Source: an uncultured Trueperaceae bacterium (GTDB taxonomy: Bacteria > Deinococcota > Deinococci > Deinococcales > Trueperaceae). From it: a stretch of 64,000 bases of DNA. Of the stretch, positions 1 to 7,301 are shown piece by piece. The notes under the pieces are model-generated. The model ran no database searches. It had not been told where the DNA came from and worked only from the letters and a program-made list of their open reading frames with translations. Each line of letters starts with the position of its first letter. The stretch's first letter is position 1. The stretch covers positions 480,001 to 544,000 of the forward strand of contig CAVSGP010000004.1 of NCBI GenBank assembly GCA_963727505.1. Reading direction: 5' to 3'. A program made the translations under genes and the position numbers.

Positions 1-263
1 CCAGCGCGCGGCCCCAGTCTTGCCACCTCAGCGTTTGCATGGGCGAACGGCGAGCGAACGAGGCCCAATTGCCACCAACTCGATGGAGACCTGGTGCGGC
101 GAAGAGCGATTGGCGCACCAGACGCCGAGCGCATCGGCGTGGCACGGGAGCCACCGTTCGTCGCTTCCGGACCGGCACCACCCTGCCGCCAGCGTCCGTC
201 TCTGGAACGCGAGTCTTCCGTCTGCCATGCGCCACCCGACAGCGGGAGCCGCAGCGGGCGCCT

Positions 264-926
264 TCAATGCGGCCCATACCCAATCGCGCGGCGCACCGTC
301 TCCGGGTCCGCGATCGGGTGCCGCTCCGGCCAATACAACGCGAGCGCCGTAGCCAGCACCAGGTCGTCGTGCGGGTTCTCCCGCCAGTCATTCCCGTACG
401 TGTCATGACCGCGAGCGTTGAGCTTCACCCGGAACGCCAGCATCTCGTCCCTGAGCACCTGAGCCAGCGACAAGTCGCTCTGTACGCGCAACACGCCCTT
501 CTGAAGCGCCACCTGCAGGCGTGACACCAGATCGCGCTTCGGGACGCGATGGTAGCCGTCCGTGGAGGTGGCCGCGTCCCCGCCCGTGATGGTCACAGCC
601 TTCGGCTTGAGGCCCGCCTGCCGCAACAGGTCGACCACGGGCCGGCCGACACCCGTCGCATCCACAATGAGCGTCACATCGCCGTCCCAATAGGTGCGCC
701 CGTCAAGGTGCATCGGCGCTCCCATCAGCCGCTTGATGATCTCCCCCACCCGCTCCACCTGATTGGGGTAGGACGTTCCGAGCGGCAGGCGCTCGAGATG
801 CCCGAGGCGGTACAGTCGCGGCTTGCTCACGTCAGGATGCTCGACCTTCTCCACGACGCTGATGGCCGTGTAGTCGTTGGCCTGGCCGAGGTCAACGCCC
901 ATGAAGAACTTGCGGGAACGCTTCAT
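264..926 (-). CDS. Terminase large subunit, stand-alone C-terminal RNase H-like nuclease domain
   Basis: Motifs GVDLGQANDYTA, DATGVG and HDDLVLATALA; ATG overlaps the stop of the upstream ATPase gene (ATGA) with GGAGG upstream. Confidence 0.8.
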   Translation of the reverse strand: MKRSRKFFMGVDLGQANDYTAISVVEKVEHPDVSKPRLYRLGHLERLPLGTSYPNQVERVGEIIKRLMGAPMHLDGRTYWDGDVTLIVDATGVGRPVVDLLRQAGLKPKAVTITGGDAATSTDGYHRVPKRDLVSRLQVALQKGVLRVQSDLSLAQVLRDEMLAFRVKLNARGHDTYGNDWRENPHDDLVLATALALYWPERHPIADPETVRRAIGYGPH

Positions 927-1681
927 GCCGAGGCCTCCAGGAACGGCTCGAAACCGTCGTCCATCGCGGCTTGCACGAGCTCGTAGTTGAAGACTTGATC
1001 ATCGGCGTCGCTGAAGACGCACATGTACTCCTGCTGATACCGCCAGAGCGGCATGCTGGCCTTCTCCTGCTCGAGGAACGACGCGCTGATGCGGGGAATG
1101 TCGGTTGCCGGCACCTCGGTGCGCGTCCAGCCGGTCGCCTCGCTCCACAGCTCCCAGAAGTGCCGAAGCTTGCCCCACGGCGTGCTCATCAGGACCATGC
1201 GGCCGTTGGAGACGGCGAGCATGGGCCGCATCGCGGCGTGAATATCGTCTTCCACCCAGGCGGCCTCATCCTCCACGATGAGCGTCGGAGCGGAGAAGCC
1301 GCGAATGGTGGCGTCCGAGCCCGGGAGGGCGGCCACGCGTCCGCCGTTCCTCACCGTCCAGGAGAGCTTGTTGTCCTCCGAGAGGTCGGGCTTGCGGGGG
1401 AGCAGCTCGGCGAACTCCTTGACCTTCCGGAACAGCTCGCTGCTCTGCCGCTGCGACGGGCTCACGATGAGCGTCAGACTCTTCGGGACGTAAAGACTGG
1501 TATGTAGACCTAGCACCGCGGCGAGGGTACTCTTGCCGCCCTGCCGCGTGACATTGATGAGGTCGCGCTTGCTGTCGCTCGTGAGCACCTTCCGCTGCCA
1601 CGGGTCGAGCTTGAGCCCGAGCACTTCCTCAGCGAACGCCGCGCGATCCAGCGCGTACCTGAAGTCACTCGCTAGGCTCAT
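923..1681 (-). CDS. Terminase large subunit, stand-alone N-terminal ATPase domain (Terminase_6N-like)
   Basis: LDPWQ adenine-binding motif, Walker A TRQGGKS, Walker B LIVEDEAA, coupling motif MSTP; ends after QEYMCVF. Confidence 0.88.
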   Translation of the reverse strand: MSLASDFRYALDRAAFAEEVLGLKLDPWQRKVLTSDSKRDLINVTRQGGKSTLAAVLGLHTSLYVPKSLTLIVSPSQRQSSELFRKVKEFAELLPRKPDLSEDNKLSWTVRNGGRVAALPGSDATIRGFSAPTLIVEDEAAWVEDDIHAAMRPMLAVSNGRMVLMSTPWGKLRHFWELWSEATGWTRTEVPATDIPRISASFLEQEKASMPLWRYQQEYMCVFSDADDQVFNYELVQAAMDDGFEPFLEASA

Positions 1682-2147
1682 GGTTCTCCAGCGCGTGCAT
1701 GACCGCCACGCGCGCCTCCGGGAACGGCTGAAGGGCGCCCATCAGGTCCGCCCGGAGCGCGATCCACTGGTTGCTCACCGTGATGTTGACGGTCGTGCCG
1801 GTCTGCAGCTCACCAAGCATCTTCGCGAGCAACTCGAGATTGCTCCTAGCCTCCTTGATGGCCAGCAGCGCGGTCTTATGGTCGCCGGCGCTCTTGCTCT
1901 TCGCGAGGATGCCCTCCGCCTCGCTCTGCAGGCCCCGCACCTTCGCCAACAGGTCATCGGCGTTCGTGTTCGCCGCGGTCGGCGCGCCCGCCATCTCCGC
2001 CACCATGCGGTCCTTGTGCCTGTGCACGGCGCTCTTGCTGAGCCTGAATGCCTCCGCCACCTGCCGGACGGGCATGCCCCTGGCGAGCGCCTCCTCGACC
2101 TCCCTGCGCTTCGGATGCGTCGTGATGGTCGTTTGGCTCGCGCTCAC
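1665..2147 (-). CDS. Putative terminase small subunit (N-terminal HTH plus helical oligomerisation region)
   Basis: HTH MPVRQVAEAFRLSKSAVHRH; lies directly upstream of and overlaps terL; GTG start at 2147 overlaps the previous stop. Confidence 0.65.
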   Translation of the reverse strand: MSASQTTITTHPKRREVEEALARGMPVRQVAEAFRLSKSAVHRHKDRMVAEMAGAPTAANTNADDLLAKVRGLQSEAEGILAKSKSAGDHKTALLAIKEARSNLELLAKMLGELQTGTTVNITVSNQWIALRADLMGALQPFPEARVAVMHALENHEPSE

Positions 2148-2280
2148 GCCTGCCACTCCACACGCAGCTCCTCGAGCGCGACGGGGCTCACGTCACGCCC
2201 GCCATTAACGCCCGAAACGCGGCGTACAAATGACCATCCAACAGCCACCCCGCCGCACGAAGCTTCCGACGCAGCCTCAC
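2144..2280 (-). other. Two chained micro-ORFs (2188-2280, 30 aa; 2144-2191, 15 aa) or one frameshifted small gene
   Basis: Translated by hand as VRLRRKLRAAGWLLDGHLYAAFRALMAGVT* and VSPVALEELRVEWQA*; each is joined to its neighbours by a GTGA overlap. Confidence 0.35.
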
Positions 2281-2915
2281 GCCAACTCCTCCTCCGGATC
2301 CACGTCCGGGGAAAACAGTCCGGCCGTGTTCCGAATCGCCGCCAAAGCCCTGAAGCGCCCACCGAAATCATGCGAGAGCCACACCGGCACATTGGAGTTC
2401 CCCCGCTGCAACGGCTCAACGTCCGCCCCGACAACCCCGCGCGCCAGCTGCTCATTCGCGTCGCCGCCATGCTTACCCGCCAACCGCACAGCCGCCGACG
2501 TGGCACGGTGAAACTCCCGATTAGCCCGCTCACTCAAGTGCTTCGACAACGTCACCGCGCGCCGCACCGACGCGTCAGCCGCCTCCATCACCGCGTACCA
2601 CTGCGCCTCAGCCTCCCGATAAGCAACCGACCCCGCAGCGACCTCCGCCAGCTCCCGCTCGTCCTCCGCGACTGACTCCAGCCCGGCGAGCTCCGCCTCG
2701 ACCTCCGCGATCTCCTCGCGATGCTGCGCCAGCATGGACTCGACCGCATCCCGACGGGCCCGCAGGTCCGCGACCTCGTCGATGTCCACGCCACCGGACT
2801 TCGCCTCCCGATACTCGCGGTCGCGCTTCGCAAGCAACGCTTCCAACCGCGGCTCATCCGAACGCAGCGCGTCCAGCGTCTCGCTCGTGCTCTTGAGTTC
2901 CGTCTTCGTGCTCAC
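2277..2915 (-). CDS. Hypothetical coiled-coil protein (212 aa)
   Basis: GTG start (VSTKTELK) overlapping the upstream stop, GGAGG upstream; E/A/L/R-rich heptad pattern. Confidence 0.65.
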   Translation of the reverse strand: MSTKTELKSTSETLDALRSDEPRLEALLAKRDREYREAKSGGVDIDEVADLRARRDAVESMLAQHREEIAEVEAELAGLESVAEDERELAEVAAGSVAYREAEAQWYAVMEAADASVRRAVTLSKHLSERANREFHRATSAAVRLAGKHGGDANEQLARGVVGADVEPLQRGNSNVPVWLSHDFGGRFRALAAIRNTAGLFSPDVDPEEELA

Positions 2916-3076
2916 GGCTCCACCTCCAGAAAGTTGTTGCTCTCCAGGTACGCGTTGACTTTCTCCGAGGTCTTCCCTCGAAGCGCCTGCAGCTCTTCCG
3001 CCGTCGCCCTCCTCGACTTCCACTGGTAGCCCTTGGCCTTCGGCTCGCTCCGCTCGTCCTTCTGCTGGTCGCTCAT
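2912..3076 (-). CDS. Small hypothetical protein (54 aa, MSDQQKDERSEPKAKGYQWK...)
   Basis: Not in the ORF track; GGGAGGAAG RBS before the ATG; stop overlaps the next GTG. Confidence 0.6.
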   Translation of the reverse strand: MSDQQKDERSEPKAKGYQWKSRRATAEELQALRGKTSEKVNAYLESNNFLEVEP

Positions 3077-3154
3077 GCTTCCTCCCAAAGAAAATGGCCC
3101 GATCTCTGCGACCGGGCCACCAGCGGCTTCTACAGTCCCAAGCGTACATTCGCG

Positions 3155-3577
3155 CTAACTCGCGCTAACGCCGTACTTCCGGCGCAACCGCTCGACCTCC
3201 GCCTCGGGCACCAGCCAGCCCGAACGGTTATCGCCCCGCCGGCCCTTCCGAGCGTCGATCAAGCCCTCTCGGCACTGCCACGTAAGCGTCGAGTACGGCA
3301 GGCCCGTCAACTCCTGGACCCCCTCGAGCGTGTACTCCCTCGGCGCGGCCGGCGCCCGCTGCCAGGACGGCGTGTAAGCCCGCTCACGAGGCGACACGAA
3401 GCTCGGATGGGCACTGCGTCGCGCGGGCCCCGAGGGGCGGCCGTAGAGCACCCTGACCGCCTCTGAGGGGCCATCATCCGCCGATACCATCCAGACTTCG
3501 CAGGCGTCACAGTATAGCGGCGCTCGCGTCGGGGTGGATGCCCCCTGCCCGCACTCAGGGCACACGTACCGGTTCAC
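3155..3577 (-). CDS. Zinc-ribbon plus excisionase/MerR-like HTH protein
   Basis: CPEC...CDAC at the N-terminus; C-terminal YTLEGVQELTGLPYSTLTWQCREGLI...WLVPEAEVERL; GTG overlaps the resolvase stop. Confidence 0.65.
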   Translation of the reverse strand: MNRYVCPECGQGASTPTRAPLYCDACEVWMVSADDGPSEAVRVLYGRPSGPARRSAHPSFVSPRERAYTPSWQRAPAAPREYTLEGVQELTGLPYSTLTWQCREGLIDARKGRRGDNRSGWLVPEAEVERLRRKYGVSAS

Positions 3578-3897
3578 TTCCAACCCCCAGAGCGCGCCAG
3601 GAGCTCTAAGAGGTCCGCGAGTCTCAGCACGGCGAACATCTGCGACTTCGAGCCGCGCCGTGACTCCACCAGCACGACCCCGTCCGTGCCCTCGGGTGGC
3701 GTCAGGAACTCCGCTAGCTTGGCTCTCGTCTTCACCTGCGCGCGCATGTTGCCCACGAGTACGTCGACCGTCTCGGAGTGCCCCAGCGACCGGCCATCGC
3801 TTCCGCGAGCTCTGACCGCCGGCAGGCCAGCCTCGGACGCGGCCCGAACCACCATCCGCTCGCCTCGATCGCCCTTCCTTTTCGACGGGTGAGCCAT
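3574..3897 (-). CDS. Hjc-like Holliday junction resolvase (PD-(D/E)xK)
   Basis: SKRKGDRGER N-terminal motif, VDVLV and QVKTR. Confidence 0.75.
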   Translation of the reverse strand: MAHPSKRKGDRGERMVVRAASEAGLPAVRARGSDGRSLGHSETVDVLVGNMRAQVKTRAKLAEFLTPPEGTDGVVLVESRRGSKSQMFAVLRLADLLELLARSGGWK

Positions 3898-4196
3898 CAA
3901 GCCCACCGGCCTTCGCGCACTATTCGCACACTGGCAGCACCAGGCGAGCATGACCGCAAGCGCCAACATGCGCGCCTGACGCCACTATTCGCCAGCTCTG
4001 CCTGAGGGGTTCGACAGACTAGTAGTCTGTCCGAGCCTTCGTCCCGCTGGACTGTCGACGTCCCACCTCTTGGCCCGAAGCGCGCCAGCCGACGGAAGCT
4101 AGTCCCACTCGGCGCCGCTGAGGACGCGATATTCGCGCCCTTTGGCTCTCCACCGTCCCACAAACAAGAGCCCACGCACTCTCGTCCAACGGTCAT
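3897..4196 (-). CDS. Hypothetical protein
   Basis: No recognisable motif; supported only by coupling at both ends (ATGA with the helicase stop, TGATG with the resolvase start). Confidence 0.35.
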   Translation of the reverse strand: MTVGRECVGSCLWDGGEPKGANIASSAAPSGTSFRRLARFGPRGGTSTVQRDEGSDRLLVCRTPQAELANSGVRRACWRLRSCSPGAASVRIVREGRWA

Positions 4197-5419
4197 GCGC
4201 TGTGCTCCTGAATGAGACTACGCAGGCGCGCCCTATCTTCAGTGGTGGCGCGATCCTTCGAGAAGATGGCGGTGAGTTCGTCCTGGGCGTCGGTTCCTTG
4301 GAACTCGCCAGCTATCCATTTCTTGTGGAGGTTCTTGACTTCCTCTGGAGTATCCCCATTCACAGCGTTCACAGGGGGGTTTGGTGTGAATGCCTGTGAA
4401 TGAGAGGGGTCTGTGCCGTTCACAGGGGTTTGCGCTGTCTCTGTCGCATCTTCTAGCACGCTGTGAACAAGGTGAACGATAGAGTAGTTGCCTTTGTCGT
4501 CACTGGCGAGCATGCCTTCGTTGCGCATGCGGATGAGAAGGTGGCGTGTGCTGTCGCGTTTGAGTGTTGCGGCTTCGGCGATTTCCTTTGGAGTGAGGCC
4601 TTCCGGGGCTTCCTCTAGAGCCCGGAGGATGGCTCTGCGTTCTTGCGAGAGGCTCCATTCGCGCGCAGAGCCGAGGACTTGCCAGAGCCCGGTGTGATTG
4701 TCGAATTGGAGGGCGAGCTCTCGGTCCTCGACATCTCTGCCGGTGATGTGCATGGTGGCGTCGGCGTCGCCGCGGGTTCGTTTGATGACGATCATTCCGT
4801 CTAGAGGTCCGGTGATGCCGTAGCTGCCGGATATCTCCTCGAAGGGATCGGCTCCTTGTGACTTCCGTGTGTGGTGGACGAGGAGGATGCATATGTCGAA
4901 CTCTTTTGTGAGCGCTTGGAGTTCTGAGACCATCCTGCTGTCGCCGCTATATAGGTCTTCGCTCTTGATGCGTTGGCCGCGGATTCGGACGAGCGTGTCG
5001 ATCGCGATGACTTTGGTGCTGGGGTGGTCTTGGATCCATTTGCGTAGTGCCTGTATGAGCCCGCGGTCCAGGCCAGGTGCTTCGGTGAGCATGTGGAAGG
5101 TGGTTGGCCAGCCGGTTTCGTCGGCTCCGAGGAATTGCAGCCGGGTTCGGAGTCGCTGGCGTGTGTCCTCGAGCGCTAGGTACAGGACGCCTGCAGGCTC
5201 TACTGGGATCTTCCCGAAGGCGAGTCCGCCTGCGGCGACGCTGAGGAGGAGGGCGAGGACCCACCAGCTCTTGCCTGTCTTTGGTGGGGCGGCGAGAAGC
5301 CAGAGGCCGTAGGCGATGACGTCGGGCACGACCCATTGCTGGGGTGGTATCTCCATGTCGCGGAGGTCGTTGGCGGTGAACGTATGGAGGGTCGGCGGGA
5401 GGGAGCGGGGGCTTGGCAT
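4193..5419 (-). CDS. AAA_25 / RSF1010 RepA-type replicative helicase with C-terminal winged HTH
   Basis: Walker A AAPPKTGKSW, VLYLALED, Walker B VIAIDTL, LLVHHTRK; HTH LTPKEIAEAATLKRDSTRHLLIRM. Confidence 0.85.
   Translation of the reverse strand: MPSPRSLPPTLHTFTANDLRDMEIPPQQWVVPDVIAYGLWLLAAPPKTGKSWWVLALLLSVAAGGLAFGKIPVEPAGVLYLALEDTRQRLRTRLQFLGADETGWPTTFHMLTEAPGLDRGLIQALRKWIQDHPSTKVIAIDTLVRIRGQRIKSEDLYSGDSRMVSELQALTKEFDICILLVHHTRKSQGADPFEEISGSYGITGPLDGMIVIKRTRGDADATMHITGRDVEDRELALQFDNHTGLWQVLGSAREWSLSQERRAILRALEEAPEGLTPKEIAEAATLKRDSTRHLLIRMRNEGMLASDDKGNYSIVHLVHSVLEDATETAQTPVNGTDPSHSQAFTPNPPVNAVNGDTPEEVKNLHKKWIAGEFQGTDAQDELTAIFSKDRATTEDRARLRSLIQEHSA
4358..4477. repeat. Cluster of seven TTCAC(AG)/(CT)GTGAA repeats in both orientations; putative iteron origin
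   Basis: TTCACAG at 4359, 4368 and 4419; GTGAA cores at 4386, 4396, 4463 and 4472. Confidence 0.6.
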
Positions 5420-5772
5420 CAGATGTCCTCGCGGTCGGCCCAGCGGAGCATTCGTATTCGTGCCTCGAGGCCTCCGGAGAGCGCGTCCTCGATCAGCTCC
5501 CGCGCCCTGGTCTTGGCGAAGTGGCTGAGCTGAAGCCTGCCGGACTCCAAGGTCTTCTGCAGCCGCTCAATCTTTGCCCGGTCGTCGTCGTTGAGGGCGT
5601 GCGCCTTGGCGTAGGCGATGCCGAACAATGCCCAGCCCAGCCCAATCTGTTCGTGCTCGTTGAAGCTGTCACGGTTGGCGGCGTCGCGGAGGTACTCCAG
5701 ATCGACTTGTCGTGCTAGAGTCTTCCCGTACCCGTCGGTGCCGCGCCCCGCCTGCCAGCGGGGCTCTTTCAT
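5419..5772 (-). CDS. Hypothetical helical protein upstream of the helicase
   Basis: 117 aa ORF coupled to xis (ATGA) and to the helicase (TGATG). Confidence 0.6.
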   Translation of the reverse strand: MKEPRWQAGRGTDGYGKTLARQVDLEYLRDAANRDSFNEHEQIGLGWALFGIAYAKAHALNDDDRAKIERLQKTLESGRLQLSHFAKTRARELIEDALSGGLEARIRMLRWADREDI

Positions 5773-6044
5773 GCCGGACCCTCTGCTGGCTCTTCCCTCC
5801 AGCCTCCAGGCAGTGCTTGGCCGCCGGATTCAATGAAGGCTCTCACGTCCTCTGGGCGGAATCTGACGTTGCGGCCGATCTTGACGCAGGGCAACAGGCG
5901 ACGGCGTGCATAGTCGTAGACGCTGCTGGGCGGGAGGTCGAGGATTTCGGCGACGTCTCTGCCGGAAAGCAAGTGCATGATGCCTGCGGTGCGGTGCCGT
6001 TCCTGTTGCGCATGCGTGTCGCGTCCCTCAGATACATTGGTCAT
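5769..6044 (-). CDS. Excisionase/AlpA-like HTH_17 DNA-binding protein
   Basis: LLSGRDVAEILDLPPSSVYDYARRRLLPCVKIGRNVRFRPEDV; AAGGAGG RBS. Confidence 0.85.
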   Translation of the reverse strand: MTNVSEGRDTHAQQERHRTAGIMHLLSGRDVAEILDLPPSSVYDYARRRLLPCVKIGRNVRFRPEDVRAFIESGGQALPGGWREEPAEGPA

Positions 6045-6151
6045 GCAAACCCTCCTTGGGTTTGTGCTTGGGTGGAGGCGCTGTCACTCTTGGCGGAGAA
6101 GGCGCCTCCATCTGCTATTGGTTTCGGGCTGTTCGTGTCTGGCCGCAGCAA
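6041..6151 (-). CDS. Putative 36-aa leader ORF of the element operon
   Basis: TAAGGAGGA then TTG at 6151; MLRPDTNSPKPIADGGAFSAKSDSASTQAQTQGGFA*; stop overlaps the xis ATG. Confidence 0.4.
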   Translation of the reverse strand: MLRPDTNSPKPIADGGAFSAKSDSASTQAQTQGGFA

Positions 6152-6162
6152 GCCGTCCTCCT

Positions 6163-6201
6163 TATGGTCTCACCATAGGGAGAAGAGCGGCCCGGTGTCA
6201 A
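6163..6201 (-). promoter_or_regulatory. Sigma70-type promoter of the element operon with an overlapping palindromic operator candidate
   Basis: TTGACA (6201-6196), 18 nt spacer, TATGGT (6177-6172); inverted repeat TATGGT-ctc-ACCATA at 6163-6177. Confidence 0.55.
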
Positions 6202-6259
6202 TCGCAATAAGGGCGTCAGGGACGTGAAAAAGGGGTGTTTCTGCACCACCCGAAGAGGT

Positions 6260-7018
6260 TCATACCTTTTTTGATGGCCGGCCAGAGTCGCGCTTTGCCC
6301 GAGGAATGTCCAGCAACGTGGATGCGGCGTTCAAGGCTTGATTCACCGTTGCCTTGGACTTGTGCATCAGCACCTGCAACTCGCGGACGTCCACGCCACA
6401 GGTCTGGTACAGGACAAACCATTCGATATTGCGGCCGGTCGTGGAGGTCGTCAACGGCAGAGCGAGCCCTTCCTCCGCCAGGAAGGCCTCAAACCGGTCC
6501 ATGTATGCAGTCACTTGGCGTTCAAGTTCCTTCAAGGCTTGAGCCCTGAAGTTGTCGCGACCCTCGTTCCAAGCGAGCCGGTTCCATCCGACGATCGGCT
6601 CCGGCTTGAAGTCATACAGATCGTCTCTCGTGCGGTGGACGGCTATCCTTGGCAGTTCGCCCCAAGATTTGCCGGCAATGGCCGGTTCCTCGATCCAGAG
6701 GCACAGACTATCTAGGGCCTGGTCGCGGACCCAGCGGGCGTCGATGTTGTGCGCTTCGAGCGCGCGCGCGAGCGCAGCGGCAAACGCTAGAAAGCCTGCT
6801 TGGCCTTCCAATATGACTGCTACGTTCTCGTAGATAAGCCCTGGCCTTGAGAACTCCGCCCGCGTTAGGCCCGAAGCGCCTTCAAGAAAGCGCCTCAACT
6901 CTTTGAGCGGATCTCCAGCAAGGTCTCTCAGTACGTGAGGCGCGTGGCGCTCGACCCTTTCAAGAAACGTCGCCCGCGCGAATACCAGCTCGGCCTCGCT
7001 AACCGGTTCAGAGCTCAT
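6260..7018 (-). CDS. Hypothetical protein with C-terminal HTH-like segment and basic GRP tail; putative element regulator
   Basis: IEWFVLYQTCGVDVRELQVLMHKSKATVNQAL...RDSGRPSKKV; lower GC; last gene before the att site. Confidence 0.6.
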   Translation of the reverse strand: MSSEPVSEAELVFARATFLERVERHAPHVLRDLAGDPLKELRRFLEGASGLTRAEFSRPGLIYENVAVILEGQAGFLAFAAALARALEAHNIDARWVRDQALDSLCLWIEEPAIAGKSWGELPRIAVHRTRDDLYDFKPEPIVGWNRLAWNEGRDNFRAQALKELERQVTAYMDRFEAFLAEEGLALPLTTSTTGRNIEWFVLYQTCGVDVRELQVLMHKSKATVNQALNAASTLLDIPRAKRDSGRPSKKV

Positions 7019-7157
7019 GATCTTGTGTGCGAGTAGTGTGCCAACTCGGCGCCCTCTGCCATACTGACGCGAGCATAGCATACGGCCAGCCCTTTTCCCT
7101 TACGTCTCGGGCGCACTTCTCGGCCTATTCGTCCTCACCGGCCATACCTTTTAGCGT

Positions 7158-7212
7158 TTCAGGGTCATGTGACCGCAAGGTCGTGGGGGTTCAAGTCCCC
7201 CCTTCGGCACCA
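7158..7212 (+). other. att site: 3' half of tRNA-Leu(CAG) from the anticodon loop to CCA
   Basis: TTCAGGGTCATG-TGACCGCAAGGTCGT (long variable arm)-GGGGGTTCAAGTCCCCC (T arm)-CTTCGGCACCA; no acceptor 5' strand or D arm upstream. Confidence 0.88.
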
Positions 7213-7216
7213 ATCG

Positions 7217-7260
7217 AATCAAGGGAAGGGCCCCGCGACGGCGGGGCCCTTCCCTTGATT
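7217..7260. terminator. Perfect 20-bp hairpin, probable bidirectional terminator between the tRNA locus and glyS
   Basis: AATCAAGGGAAGGGCCCCGC-gacg-GCGGGGCCCTTCCCTTGATT. Confidence 0.8.
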
Positions 7261-7301
7261 GCCTCCAGCGTCGCGGCGAAGACCGTCGCGACCGAGCGGA
7301 C

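Larger units (their letters stand above)
1..7212 (-). mobile_element. Right end of a tRNA-Leu(CAG)-integrated phage-satellite-like element or reduced prophage; continues beyond the left window edge
   Basis: Co-oriented xis-like, helicase, resolvase and terminase genes; visibly lower GC at about 4200-7150; bounded by a tRNA 3'-half duplication at 7158-7212 followed by core glyS. Confidence 0.85.

Noticed and set aside
1..263. Portal or other gene downstream of the terminase (ORFs 28-333, 20-352, 94-408)
   Set aside because: No motif, RBS or convincing composition; cannot be called from this fragment
915..935. Programmed frameshift joining the two TerL halves
   Set aside because: No slippery heptamer at the junction; a dedicated RBS and ATGA overlap fit re-initiation better
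7130..7212. Complete tRNA-Leu gene
   Set aside because: No GCCGAAG acceptor strand or D arm upstream of the anticodon loop; it is a 3' fragment (att)
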